A DNA stretch of 62,943 nt, the filler included, from Collodictyon triciliatum (lineage: Eukaryota), in NCBI GenBank assembly GCA_043381765.1. It is 4 parts of 4 records of this genome, joined end to end, with 100 filler letters (N's around TTAATTAATTAA, not from the genome) between each part and the next. Parts side by side here need not be neighbours in the genome. Positions count along the whole stretch, not along the records: positions 1 to 17,607 come from JBHJMP010001436.1; 3 more parts are not named here. The stretch is one strand, 5' to 3'. The notes beneath the pieces were generated by a model. The model was given only the letters and a program-made list of their open reading frames with translations, was not told where the DNA came from and searched no databases. Shown here in pieces: positions 1-11,718 of the stretch (position 1 is the stretch's first letter; every line of letters starts with the position of its first letter). The translations under genes and the position numbers were made by a program.

Positions 1-92
1 TTTTGTTTTTGTTTTTTTTTGTTTGTTTTTGTTTTGTTTGTTTTTGTGAGTTTGAAGATAAAATATGAAAGAAGCGAGTGCGGGTAACGTAC

Positions 93-443
93 CACCACAT
101 CGCCATCCTTTGCAGTCCACTCAACCACCACACCAGCATCCACCTATTGCAAGAAACACGTTGACCGAAAGGCTATCAACACAGAAACTTCGATACTGAG
201 CAGACGCAGTTCTAGTGAGTGCATGAAAAGAAGACTTACGGCATGGAAAACGCGTATTGCCACCGAAAGTCCTGCGAGAACACCGTCCTGCTTAGCAAGA
301 AAAACAGCCTCGGCCGTGGCGGTCTCTGGGATGGTGGCCTGCGAGGTGATGTCGCCGATGCTTTCGCTGTCCTCGCGCAAGGCTTCACGGACAACGCGCT
401 CCGTCTGCTCCTCCAAAAGGCTTTCAAAGTCTGCAGGGTTCAT
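93..443 (-). CDS. QPRT: Nicotinate-nucleotide pyrophosphorylase / quinolinate phosphoribosyltransferase, first two exons (443-240, 143-93); gene continues past the window start
   Basis: Spliced translation MNPADFESLL...ALREDSESIGDITSQATIP...AVFLAKQDGVLAGL..AIRVFHA|VDAGVVVEWTAKDGDVV matches the NadC N-terminus (EDxxxGDITS, AKxxGVLAG, DGD). Phase-0 GTAAGT...TAG intron. Confidence 0.9.
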
Positions 444-554
444 TGCGTTTCGGGCGTCTTGGTGCTTCTGTTGTGTGTCCACGGTGAGTCGCTTATGTCA
501 GCGTTTGAGAGAGCCTTCTCTCTGGCGCAAACTGGGTGATCGGAGGCCACGCTT

Positions 555-690
555 CTTCCTTTTTTCTTTTTCTTCTTTCTTTTTCCTTTTTCCTTTTTCC
601 TTTTTCCTTTTTCCTTTTTCCTTTTTCCTTTTTCTTTTTCCTTTTTTTTCTTTTCTTTTTTTCCATTTTCTTATTTCTTTTTTCCTTTGT
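555..690. repeat. Pyrimidine-rich (CCTTTTT)n-like tract upstream of QPRT
   Basis: Seen directly. Confidence 0.9.
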
Positions 691-982
691 CTTTTCACTG
701 GTGTTGGAAATTGCCGCGCTTCACTCTTTCTGCAGTTAGATGAGTCGCAAACAGACACGATCACGGCTCAGAACAGATTCACAGAAGCGCGCGCCCGTCG
801 TGGAAAATAGGGGCTCCCAAGCGCGCTGAGTTGTGTGGTTGCTTCGTTCCAGGACTCTTGCAGAAGGAGACAAGGAAGAACACCGGAGCTCAGAGACATT
901 GGCCTTTTCTGTCTTGAGTTATCTTTATGTTGCTATGATATGATGCGTGTCATATGTGACTCGTTTTTCTCCCTCTTTTCCA

Positions 983-3900
983 TTAGTTCTCGTACAGTGT
1001 GGAGTGAATTTTGCAAACCCATCGGAACCGGCCAGAATGGATGGTATAGAAGTTGAGCTGGTTGCCAAAGGTCAGCTCCGGCGACTCGAGGTAGTGGCGG
1101 ATGTCACATTCGACCCCGGACTGCAGCTGCGGTGGAACCGGCTCGTGCTCGTGGTCTTTGTCAAGCATCGCCTGGTAGTCCCTGATGGACTCTATCTTTC
1201 GTAATCGAAACAGTCGTTTCAAGTCCATGTGTTCGTCTCCATCGTCGTCGAAATCTGCGTTTGACTGAAGAGTAAACTCAAAAGCATATCCGGCCATCGC
1301 AAGAAGTCGGTGATAAAATATTTGACGAAATCCTTCCCAGTCACGAATGACGACGCCTTTCTCGGATATCACGTGCGGTCCGTTGGGTGCTTCGCACAGA
1401 AAATAGGCCTTCGCCTCTTTCTCCTCCATGAAGGCAATAAAGAGATTAGGCTGGTGTGCAACGATGCTAGCTTTTAGCTCCTGGGATTCTCCCACCGCCA
1501 GTGAGGTTCCTTGCAAGGCACATTTTTTGGTCATCGAGTGACCTCTGGGGCATTGGACTGTGTCCATATTCTGGTTTCCTTGCTTCAAGTCTGTGAAATT
1601 GAAATAGTGCGAAATATCCCCAGCAAAACTTTGGCACTGGGGGCAAACCACACCAATGTCCAGTGTAATTCCTGGATAGAGTCCATGGATGATAGAGAAT
1701 CCATCCATGAGGCGATTGAGCAGTACTGAGGCCTCTAGCTCGTCTGTGCTCATCTGGTTCCCAAATCTCACTCGAAAGACAACCATTTGTTTGTGTTTGA
1801 CAGAGTGAGCGCATATACTCAAAAGCGGATGACGCCTTTCTTTGCCAGTAATCTCGGGTAGCAAAGCAGATGTCACCAGAATAAAGTGTGTGGCACTGTA
1901 AAATAGTAAGCGCCCTTTGTTCCGGACAGAAAAATCCTGGAAAACCGCCACCAGACGAGAAAACAGTCCAGAAGGAAGAAACGAGTACTGAAAAGCAAAA
2001 GTGAATTCGCGTGTCCAATGAAATTCTGAAGGAAACTCCCAGTAGTCGGCCAGTGGCATTTGTGGCGAGAGCATCGTAGGAAAGGCCTCCATCACGGTGT
2101 CTACAGGAAAAGATAAAAAGAAGTGCCGAAGCATTTGGATTCTCCCGTCGATGTCTACTTCAACCTGTACAGATTGGGTTGAGGGTGACTGTAGAGAAGG
2201 GGAAGATAAAGAATTGGCAGGGGCGATTTGGGACACCAGTTCGTATGATGCCATCATATCGGGTATTTCGGACCGGACGATGGTATCTTGGAGGAGGACA
2301 TTTTTTTTCAAATGAAAGAGTAGAGGGAAAGAGTTGATTAGAGCCTTTGGGTCAAGTACCACTTGGTTTTTGATTTGTGAGCAGTTGCACCAGGTGATGG
2401 TTCCTTGGTCATGAAGGAAGCCCAAAATTTTTTCCATTTCATCTTCTTTGATTTCCATGTTGGACGCGGCGCGGTGGAATTCTTCGATACGGGCGAGGGG
2501 GGATACCCGTTGGCTTCTCCATTCAGCGATTAGATCTGATACGAGTAGATACTTGTATGGCAACTCGCTATTGATGAAAGGCATGGAGAGAGCAACATCA
2601 GCGAGGCAGCGCTTCAGATCTTCGATTCCATCTCCAGACTTGCTACTTGTGCGAAAGAAGGTAGGGTGAATGGTCAGGGTGTTTTCGAAGGGAGCGATGG
2701 ACTGCTTTACGTCTGGAATATGCCTATCCGGGGCTGCATAAATGAGAGAAGAATCTGAACAAGTCCCCACGATGACCACACGGCACTTTGGAGCGATGCT
2801 TCGGATTAAATTAAGCCAACGGTCGATCATACTTTCACTGGCTTTGACTTGCATGTTCCACGTCAATACAACGAGAGAACCGGGAGTCAGAAAGATTGGG
2901 ATGCATGGGGATGTGCCTTCTGTTCCAGGGAAGTCCCAGATGTCTAGAGAGAGCAGAGTCCTGTCTGAGGAGTACGCCTCCAGCGGGGTGTCTGCAATAT
3001 CGATGCTTGTGGATGGAGCGATGGACTCATCCAAGGAGCTGTACCAAAAGAGCAGGTATTTTTTCAGCAGCGACCTAACCAGGGTGGTTTTGCCGGACCC
3101 TGAGGGCCCGAGGATGAGGACGCGAGACTTTAGATGCATTTCCTTGAGCGGGTTCTGTTCTTTTAGATAGTTTCTGAGAGATGGGACGCCCTCTCGAATG
3201 TACTTCCACGGAGGGTACCTGATGGGGTTTCCGTCGACATCGAGGATGTTGAGTTTGCGCATCCTTGCAATCGTGTTTGGGAGGGTTGCTATGCGGTTGT
3301 TTGCCAGATGGAGCTCCTCCAGGTCGATGTTTCTGTCGATGGAGTTTGGGATGGCGGTGATTGCGTTGTTTGAGGCGGTGAAGAACTGGAGGTGGGGGAA
3401 CTTTGCAAAGGCCTCCGGGAGGGAGGAGATTCTGTTGCTGTCGAGGCGCAGGTCGCGGAGGGAGACGAGGCAGAAGAAGCTGTCGGGGAGACTGTGGAGG
3501 TTGTTTTCGGAGAGGTGGAGACTCCGGAGCGTGGTGAGCTTGCCGATGGACTCGGGCAGGTGGTTGATGGGGTTGCAGGAGAGGTGCAGGACCTTGATGG
3601 CGACGAGGCAGCCGATGGAGATGGGGAGCGAGGCGAGGCGGTTGTGGTGGGCGTGGAGGAGCTGGAGGGCGGAGAGGGCGGAGATGGAGGCGGGCAGGGC
3701 CGTCAGGCAGTTGTGGGCCAGGTAGAGCTCCTGCAGCTGCGCGGCGAGCTGGATCTGGGGCGGGATGGCGGCCAGCTGGTTGTGCGTGAGGATCAGGACG
3801 CGCAGGGCGCACCAGGGCTGCAGCTCGGTCGGCAGCACAGACAGCCTGTTGTTGCTGAGGACGAGATAGCGCAGCCTGCCCAGCCGCAGGAAGGACAGCG

Positions 3901-4378
3901 GCAGCCGCGGAAGAGCCGCCCCGTCCAGCCACATCTCCTCGTACAGCTCCAGCTCCGCCTCCGCCCGCCCCGTCAGCTCCGCCAGCCACTCCAGCGTCTG
4001 GTCGAACCGCTTCCCCGGGTTTGCGCTCGTCCGCGTCCTCCCGGCGCTCCCTGTCTCTGCCGCAAAGGGCGCCCCGTCAGAGACCGGCACCGGCGAGAAC
4101 GACGCGGTGCGCGGGCGCGGCAGGGCGGGTTCGGCGGCGGGGCTGCTCGGCGGGTTCGGCAGCGTCGGGCGGCGGATCAGGGCGGGGGCGGGGGCGGGGG
4201 CAGAGGTCGTTGCAGAAGCAGAAGCAGAGGCAGAGGCAGAGGCAGAGGCAGAGGCAGAGGCGTCGAAGGCAAAGTGCAGCGTCCCGTGGGTCGTCGCAGG
4301 CGCGCCGGGCAGCAGGAAGGACGGCCGCTCCGGTGATGTCGACGGCGACGGCGTCCTTGGCGTTGGGGGCGAGCTCAT
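983..4378 (-). CDS. Roco-family protein (LRR-ROC-COR, no kinase domain), 1131 aa, intronless
   Basis: About 11-12 LRRs of the LxLxxNxLxxLP type, then NPIRYPP, P-loop GPSGSGKTT, DIWDFPG (G3), VIVGTCSD (G4), TSSKSGDGIEDL (G5), COR motifs LGFLHDQGTI and VVLDP, FLPSGLFSRL, and a C-terminal CPQC..CPRGH / WVCKIH region. Confidence 0.9.
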   Translation of the reverse strand: MSSPPTPRTPSPSTSPERPSFLLPGAPATTHGTLHFAFDASASASASASASASASATTSAPAPAPALIRRPTLPNPPSSPAAEPALPRPRTASFSPVPVSDGAPFAAETGSAGRTRTSANPGKRFDQTLEWLAELTGRAEAELELYEEMWLDGAALPRLPLSFLRLGRLRYLVLSNNRLSVLPTELQPWCALRVLILTHNQLAAIPPQIQLAAQLQELYLAHNCLTALPASISALSALQLLHAHHNRLASLPISIGCLVAIKVLHLSCNPINHLPESIGKLTTLRSLHLSENNLHSLPDSFFCLVSLRDLRLDSNRISSLPEAFAKFPHLQFFTASNNAITAIPNSIDRNIDLEELHLANNRIATLPNTIARMRKLNILDVDGNPIRYPPWKYIREGVPSLRNYLKEQNPLKEMHLKSRVLILGPSGSGKTTLVRSLLKKYLLFWYSSLDESIAPSTSIDIADTPLEAYSSDRTLLSLDIWDFPGTEGTSPCIPIFLTPGSLVVLTWNMQVKASESMIDRWLNLIRSIAPKCRVVIVGTCSDSSLIYAAPDRHIPDVKQSIAPFENTLTIHPTFFRTSSKSGDGIEDLKRCLADVALSMPFINSELPYKYLLVSDLIAEWRSQRVSPLARIEEFHRAASNMEIKEDEMEKILGFLHDQGTITWCNCSQIKNQVVLDPKALINSFPLLFHLKKNVLLQDTIVRSEIPDMMASYELVSQIAPANSLSSPSLQSPSTQSVQVEVDIDGRIQMLRHFFLSFPVDTVMEAFPTMLSPQMPLADYWEFPSEFHWTREFTFAFQYSFLPSGLFSRLVAVFQDFSVRNKGRLLFYSATHFILVTSALLPEITGKERRHPLLSICAHSVKHKQMVVFRVRFGNQMSTDELEASVLLNRLMDGFSIIHGLYPGITLDIGVVCPQCQSFAGDISHYFNFTDLKQGNQNMDTVQCPRGHSMTKKCALQGTSLAVGESQELKASIVAHQPNLFIAFMEEKEAKAYFLCEAPNGPHVISEKGVVIRDWEGFRQIFYHRLLAMAGYAFEFTLQSNADFDDDGDEHMDLKRLFRLRKIESIRDYQAMLDKDHEHEPVPPQLQSGVECDIRHYLESPELTFGNQLNFYTIHSGRFRWVCKIHSTLYEN

Positions 4379-4808
4379 TGGGCTGTGCTGTGCTGCAGTG
4401 GGTCTCGTCAGCTGCGCTCTGGTGGAGAGAAGAGGATGGAGAGAGGAGAGAAGAGAGTGGAGAAGAGAGCGGAGAAGAGGGTGCTTGGGTGATCGTCCGT
4501 GCGGCAGGTCGTGGCTGCATGATTGTTTGAACCAGGCGAGGGGGGCTTTTTGGCAGGTTGTTTGGGTTTGCCATCACTTAACCGTTTCTGGATTTTATAG
4601 CAATCTGTGGTGGCAACAAGCGGGCTTATTTATGCACCGCCCCGCTTTGGCGTGGGGTGGGAGAGAGTTAAAGAGCGGAGAGCGGCCGGAGAGCGGCAGT
4701 TAGTTTCTTTTGTTTTTCGGGCAGGGCAGACTAAGGGGAAGGTTGGCTTTATCCCATCGGAAAATTGGGTGGGTTCCATTAACGGCTGTTATCTGTCGGG
4801 TGTGCACG

Positions 4809-4847
<39 letters not shown>

Positions 4848-4929
4848 GGTGGTTGGGGGGGGGGGGTGGGGGGGTTTTTTTTTTTTTTTTTTTTTTTTTT
4901 TTGATGGGGAGAATGGTTTAGTTAGCCAT

Positions 4930-7457
4930 GAGCGTCCAACCCAGAGGGCATCGGGGAGCAAGATAAATGCATTTCAATATGTTCTGCGAGTCTGCATATG
5001 ATGAAGGAATCAAAAGAGACCCTCCAAACGGGGCGCAAAATAGATACCTCTGAAAAAGTAGTCCTGTCCCATAGTTAGAGGTATGTTGAGTAGTTTACTT
5101 ATTGTGTCTACAAGTCGCTGGGTTTGAAAAGCTCGCTTTTTCCATATGTCAATCGCCTGCATTGATGTCCAGTAGTAAGAAGACCATTTAGAAAATAAAA
5201 TAATTGAAAAGGATAAGAAATATTCATTTAGCAGACAACCGTACAATCGAATCATAAAGTATGCATCAGCATTTTTTTATCATATGTATGGGGAGAAAAG
5301 AAGGAATTGAAATGAGGCCGACACTGGAAGAGTATTTTGCCACACAACAATAAATATGCAACATATAACGGCTCATTTGGCAATCGCATGAAAGGTCGAC
5401 TTACAACATCCTGGTATTTTCCAGTAGCTATATAGTGAAATAAATTTGAACAGAGAGGAAGAACAGCGATTACCATAAGTTTAATGTCAATCAAAAAAAA
5501 TGTATGAATGAATGAAGTAAAGTGGACAGATTCAAAAAAAAAGTATTACATTTTGGCTGTTACAGCGTTAAAAAAGACTAGTCTTGACAAATATGTGGAC
5601 TTGCAACGAGAGAAGGTCGACATACCTGAACAACATAATATCTCATCATCTTCTTCCAAGACTGGGTTGCCTTCTTCATCAACTGATATTGAATTTCCGA
5701 TGATGGCGGCCACAAGTGTAATGAATGCTTCTCTCCTGAGGATTACATACTATTTTAAAAAAGGGAAAAAAGGAAAAGAAAAACAAAAAGAAAAATTGAC
5801 ATGTACCTCGAAAAAAGTTTATCAAATATTCTCTAGTTCATTTTTTATTTTCTTAATTTTGTTCGTGGATTTTTCATTCTTAAGCTTAAATAAACGGGAC
5901 TCACGCCACTGTGAAGCTCACGCGAACTGTCAATCTGTTACCTTTTGCAAAGACTCGTCCTTGGCTTTGTGGGTGGATAGCTTTAGTTTAATGTCATGGT
6001 ATCGTATCTGATTTAACATAAAAAAAAAAGACCCAAAAGGTAGCAATTTTTCTTTTGAAATAAAATATGTAGAGAAAGAAGCAAACAGCTCATTTTAAAT
6101 TATGAAAAATATAAACTGCATAAATTTGATATCAAAATGGTTTGAATACAAATGAAATCGTACAGGGATGGTCGATTTTGCTCTTTTGAAAAATAGAACC
6201 CGCGTCCGTTCCCATTAATACATGACTCATCCAGGCAATTTGTCAGTGTGTTGAATTCCTGTGTCCGGGCGCAGAGGGGATAGTCAGAATCTCAAAGAAT
6301 TTTTCGGGGATGGGGAATAGCAATGTGCACATGTGTCAAGGAAATCAAAGAGCGAGTTCAAACCTCTGCAGTATCAAACACTAAACAGCAGACCATCGTT
6401 TTTTCAAAGTCTTCCTTCGTAGAGTTCGTCCAGAATGACCATGAGGATGACAAATACGTCAAGGTGCCTAAGGGCATAGGAATTAAGCTGATTTGTCTGA
6501 GATATATCGAGTAAATGAATTCAATTCAAACCGTCGTGTTCTGTTCGCTTAGGTATGTTCGATATATCTGTTGGCTGCTCTATTATGACTGTATTCAGAT
6601 AAATGTGGGCCTTTTAGTTTTTGTGTACATATTTGTTTCGTTTCATGACCAAAATTAACTATGTGATTTTCAAGCTTCTATCTCTTGTTTTCTTTAAAAA
6701 GACTTTGCAGAATTGGACAGGTATCAGTCAATAATTGTATATACGTGTTGTTGGAGACCCTCTTGCGCCCGCTAAAGTGATAATTTTTTTCAGTACAGAG
6801 AAATCTCGACGAGCAATAAACATATTCGTTGAAAATCAACCATTACAAAATGGCGAATAACATAAGTTCATATAAAGGGAAAAAACAAAATGATACAAAT
6901 GAATGATGTTGGTCGTGGAGGGCGGTCTTGGAAACTCTTTGATAAAAGAAGAGAGTGTGTGTAATAAGTAATTAATGAATGAATATTTTCTGGCTTTTAA
7001 TCTAAAAGGATTTGATTAAAAAGTAGTTTGGCCGACGGGTGAGAATGGTTGAAATGTATGAGATGTTAATACGGGATATGAAAGTAAGCATGACAATTGG
7101 CGGGGAATAGACGCATCCATGCATGTAAAATGAGGAAACGTACTTTCTTTCCAAAACTCGACGACCCCGACCCACGGTCGGAGAAATTTTCCGGTGTAGA
7201 TGACTGTCCTGGAGAGCTGCTTTCAAGGCTACCTGATGAGCCAAACTCATTCGATGAACGCCGAAATCCGATCCCTGATGTCTACAGATTCAAAATGGAG
7301 TTGAACCAGTTGTTAATTAAATCACTATTAAGGCGAATGAGAATACGAGGTGTGGGTGATTGAAGGAGTGTGTGCGAGCTTAAAATGTCGTGGAGAGAAC
7401 TATGGCCTAGGAAAGACTTACTGGTTGTCGGCCGTAGAAGCTTCTTGAGGACGACAT
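4930..7457 (-). CDS. Hypothetical multi-exon protein; 3' end uncertain
   Basis: Chain of phase-compatible GT-AG exons: MSSSRSFYGRQP|TSGIGFRRSSNEFGSSG...FGKK ... GTLTYLSSSWSFWTNSTKEDFEKTMVCCLVFDTAE|EFNTLTNCLDES..|IRYHDIKLKL...LQK|RIFDKLFSR|REAFITLVAAIIGNSISVDEEGNPVLEEDDEILCCS|ATGKYQDV. No family recognised. Confidence 0.55.
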
Positions 7458-8625
7458 CTAAAAATTTGGTAGTTTATAACATGAAGTGAACGGCTTTGGA
7501 ACACGAGTTTTGAAAGACCACACTTTTTCGAAACTGTACGTATGACGAGGTGCGTTTGTGTTCGCTCGGCGAGCAGAAACACGATGGAAGACAAAGAGAC
7601 AGGGAAAGAGGGAGAGTGAGCATGGAGTGTTCGATAAACATGCAATTCTTCACAGTTTTTTTCCATGTTTAACTGAATAAACGAAAAAGCGGGCTGGGCA
7701 GTGTGTCTTTCACTCTTTGTCGTGATTTTAAGATTTTGTGTCGAGAAATGAGCTGTTTTATGGAGAAAAAGTGCGCTGCCAATTGCCCATGACAAAGAAG
7801 CGCTGTATTTCTTATTTCTTGGTCATGCTGACGTTAGATATGGTTGTGGGTCTGTGATCGCAGGGAAGCGGTGCAGCCAGCCTCGGTTGGCCTTCGATCC
7901 ATTCGCAGCCACGACTCAAGGGAGAACCAGGCCGCTTTGATTCATGATCACAGTAGCCGGACAGTGATTCAAACTTGCGAATTAGTCCACAATTGGCATG
8001 CATCAACCGGCTTCTGATGTCTGTACGCGAAAGAGATGCGAATCGTGGTGGGTAGATGACCTATACGCTCATACTGGGTTATACATGTCCAAATAATTTC
8101 AATTTTCGTCAATTAATTCATTTTCTAATGGCATGATAATTTAATTTATGTGTTTATTATATAATCCAGATATAGAAAACGTTGTCCACTACATAGGAAA
8201 CTCTTACAGAATCCCCTTGTCTCTCAGCACTAAATCTGTCCCCACTGCCACCACCATGATCAAACTTGAAAAAAACAAACCAAAAAAGATCAGACGAACG
8301 ACTGTTGCTGAAGCAGGTCGAAAGGGGTCGAACAAAAGCAACCCCACCCGATCACATTGCCCAACATGCCAGCAAATAGAGGCCGAACCAAAAGAACCTC
8401 GCTCCCACTTCAGCGCATCGATATCTACTTTCCTATCGTTCACAAAGCGCCTGCACCTGCCAACAATCAGTTCCAAGTGCGTGTGTGTTGGTTTGTGGTG
8501 GAGAGGAGAATACCCAGCAAGGCTAGACTAGGCGTAGCCGCATCTTATGTCCTTGGCAGGGCCCTTACTGCCTTCTGTATTCACACTCAGACATGCACAC
8601 CTGTGCGCACACGTCAACAGCTATG

Positions 8626-8855
8626 AAAAAAAAGAGAGAGAAAAGAGAAAAAGAGAGAAAAGAGAAAAAGAGAAAAAGAGAAAAAGAGAAAAAGAGAAAA
8701 AGAGAAAAAGAGAAAAAGAGAAAAAGAAAAAGAAAAAAGAAAAAGAAAAAAGAAAAAGAAAAAGAAAAAGAGAAAAAGAAAAAGAAAAAAGAAAAAGAAA
8801 AAAGAAAAAGAAAAAAGAAAAAGAAAAAGAAGAAAAGAAGAAGAAAAAGAAAAGA
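8626..8855. repeat. Purine-rich (GAGAAAAA/GAAAAA)n tract upstream of the DSP start
   Basis: Seen directly. Confidence 0.92.
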
Positions 8856-8922
8856 GCCAAGCCTGACCCGCCACCTTTTCCGAATCCTAGGAGAGAGACA
8901 GCAACAGCAACAGCCGCACGCC

Positions 8923-9237
8923 ATGTCCAATCGCCGACGCCTTTCAGGCAGCGCGCCGCCCGCCCCGCCATCGCGCTACCCGGCTCTGTCGCAATCCATG
9001 ACGCTGCCGCGCATCGTGCTTATCAAAGTGAAGGACGGGCTCTTTCTCGGCAACCGTGACGCAGCGTTGCAGGCGCCTTTTGTCTTTGCAAATAAGGTCG
9101 GGGTCATCATCAACTGCGCTGGCAACCAGGTTCTAAACCGCTTCGAGATGAACGGCATCCGCTACCTGACTTTCTACTGGAAGGACATGGACACCACCGT
9201 CATTCTCGACAGCAAGGTTACATTATTGGATTATTAC

Positions 9238-9329
<92 letters not shown>

Positions 9330-11718
9330 TTATAATTGATTCCAACCGCCACCCCTCCTCACGGTCACCATGCGTCCCTCTTGCTTGCTTGCATGCATTA
9401 TGGTCCCTGATTAGCTCTCTCTTGTGTCTAGGACAAGGCCATCGACGAGGTTGTGGAGGCCATCGACGAGGTACACAATCAGGGACTGTCCTGCTTGATC
9501 GTCTCCTTTCGAGGGCAAAGTTTGTGATATTTATGACTAGTTCATACATTCATGGCATGCCCTCTTTCGCAATCTATGATTTTAAAATTGTGTAAATCAC
9601 CCTTATTAGACATTAGCTATCGAATTTAGTTCATCCTCTGATTTTATTTGAAACATACCGCTCTTAGCAAGAAGTTGTTGTGTTGTGATTGCTTACATGA
9701 TGAAGAAGTACTCGTGGACTACAGAAACCGCGTACGAATACATGCTCGCCAAGCAACCTGATATGATTATCAAACCTGCGCAAATGAGACAATTAAAAGC
9801 ATTGGAAGACAGGTCTCTAAACAATGCCTGACCGGATTTTTTCTCCTTTATATCTATTCTTAAGAACAACTTACATGGAAAATGCACATATTAATTTGGT
9901 TTTCTTAATTATGTGAAATTTTACCATGTGTTTATCATTTCTCTGTAACCATGTTGCCTTCATTTCCCTGAGATACCTGAAATATACAATTGATGTGTTT
10001 TAAATAAATGAGCTCCGGTATCATAGGATGAGGAAAAGCGGATCGACGCTGCTCACATTCGACCATCCTTTCGATATGTCATCCGAGGACCCAGAGGGGT
10101 TCATTGTGCGAATGACTGTATGTAGTATGCCCCTTTCTTTATCAAATTAGTCCCTAGGGTAGAAAACCCCATCCTTTTTTTTTTTTGTCTCAGAATAGCA
10201 TCTGGTATGGCTAATATGATGGACGAATGAAGCCTTATTATCTTGATTTCAGCCTATTCATTTTCTGATTGGTTTACTAAATTGCCGATTTCACGTCAAC
10301 ACAATGACTAGTATGTGAACTGCAAACTTGCTGAGCCTGGTACATCTACTCCCCCAACCCCAACACGACGAGAAAGCCAGCGGCGAAGGCTTATCTGGGC
10401 TGATTCATCTGGAAAGCCACTTCTGGATCAACACGATTTCGAACAGGATGAGCCCCTTAGCATATCTGATGGCCCAAAGAAGCAGCAAAACACTCAGAGA
10501 ACAGCAAAACCCATATTAAGGCGGGCACCCACACCAAGCAGCGCTGTAACGACATCCATTTCTCGAAAGCAACCAATCATTATGAAGTCTGAAATACCAG
10601 CCCTGAAGCCATCGGGCTCTGATTCTAAAATATCTGTGAAAGCGGGAGCAAATACAACAGGACAGCAGGAAAATCTAGACAACCTATTCGTTCGACCAAA
10701 AACCAACACGCGAGCCTCGCGCTCGATGGATTCCGATGCTAACGAAACGAGTATTGAGGAGGAGTCGATAGATGACGATTCTGGTGAAACCGGAGAAGGG
10801 ACAAATGCACAGGGCCAGCCCATTCCATTGTCATTGTTGGAAAGGTTGAATCTCAGTGGCAGTCTGGGTCAGATTGAGACAAAATCTAAAACTTTAGGTC
10901 CACTTGCGCCCCTGAATTCTACAATTCCAGGGCCATCTACTCCCTTAACACAGAGCTCTTCCATGCCTTTGTCAACCAATATGCGAAAGTCTATTTTTGA
11001 CGAGAGACGGCCTACTTCAGAATCCACCGTATCGATATCCAGTGATAGAACAGGTTCAAACCACGAGTCGAATACGCTGCCTCGGATGTCTTCGGGTGGC
11101 GGGTTCTCATCTAGTTTTACATCGAGCCAATCATCATCAACGAATGTACCATCTCAGCAACAGCAAACACCACCCACGTTATCTTTATCATCCTCACTCG
11201 CACCTTTATCGTCCACAACCTCTTCAAATACAGCTTCTTCAAATACTACGGCACCATCGAACTATGGTTCCAATTCCAACGTCAGCTTCAACATAAATAC
11301 AGCCGCGAATTCAAATGCAAACGGAGGCATCAACTCAAACGCAAATTCATCTTCTGGGCTTCAGTATTCATCCGGGCAAACTGGTTCTGGTTCGCAAAAC
11401 TCAACAAATCCTTCCCTGAGCGTCACATTCCCATCGCAAGGCACCGGAACCTCGATTCCACCCCGAAGGACATACGGAGTGTCTCCCCAGTCTTCTATGC
11501 TAAGTGTTCGCCCCATAAACATCGTCCCACCTGCGAGCAATGCCTCCCGTCGGCCCCAATCGGCCACAAATAAGAAGCCTGCAGCAAGACCGACATCCTC
11601 GCGACCAAGAAACTCATTTTCACCTGCTGGTGCTGGCAGCAGCTCCTCGTCTTCTAATCAGTCGCCATATTCGATCTCCTCTCGATACGCAATCACAAAC
11701 TCAACCACTTTCAAGTGA
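8923..11718 (+). CDS. Dual-specificity phosphatase-domain protein (predicted pseudophosphatase) with a long Ser/Thr/Asn-rich tail
   Basis: Exon 1 KVKDGLFLGNRDAA...VIINCAG...IRYLTFYW. Spliced signature SCLIVSFRGQTRSCCVVIAYMMKKYSW...AYEYMLAKQPD..IKPAQMRQL. Large last exon about 10311-11718, with a possible further exon near 12124. Confidence 0.85.
9238..9330. repeat. (ATTT)n microsatellite, DSP intron 1
   Basis: Seen directly. Confidence 0.95.

Noticed and set aside
3075-4703. Long overlapping alternative-frame and antisense ORFs over the Roco 5' region
   Set aside because: These are by-products of high GC content and biased codon use, with no recognisable domains.
8547-9059. Lys/Glu/Arg-rich and Phe/Ser/Leu-rich ORFs here and at 498-810, 26375-26672, 29121-29621, 31357-31742 and 54579-55059
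   Set aside because: They are translations of microsatellites in introns or upstream DNA.
9437-9472. Direct repeat GGCCATCGACGAGGT, two copies
   Set aside because: It is a small in-frame coding duplication (AIDEV twice), with no array or target-site context.
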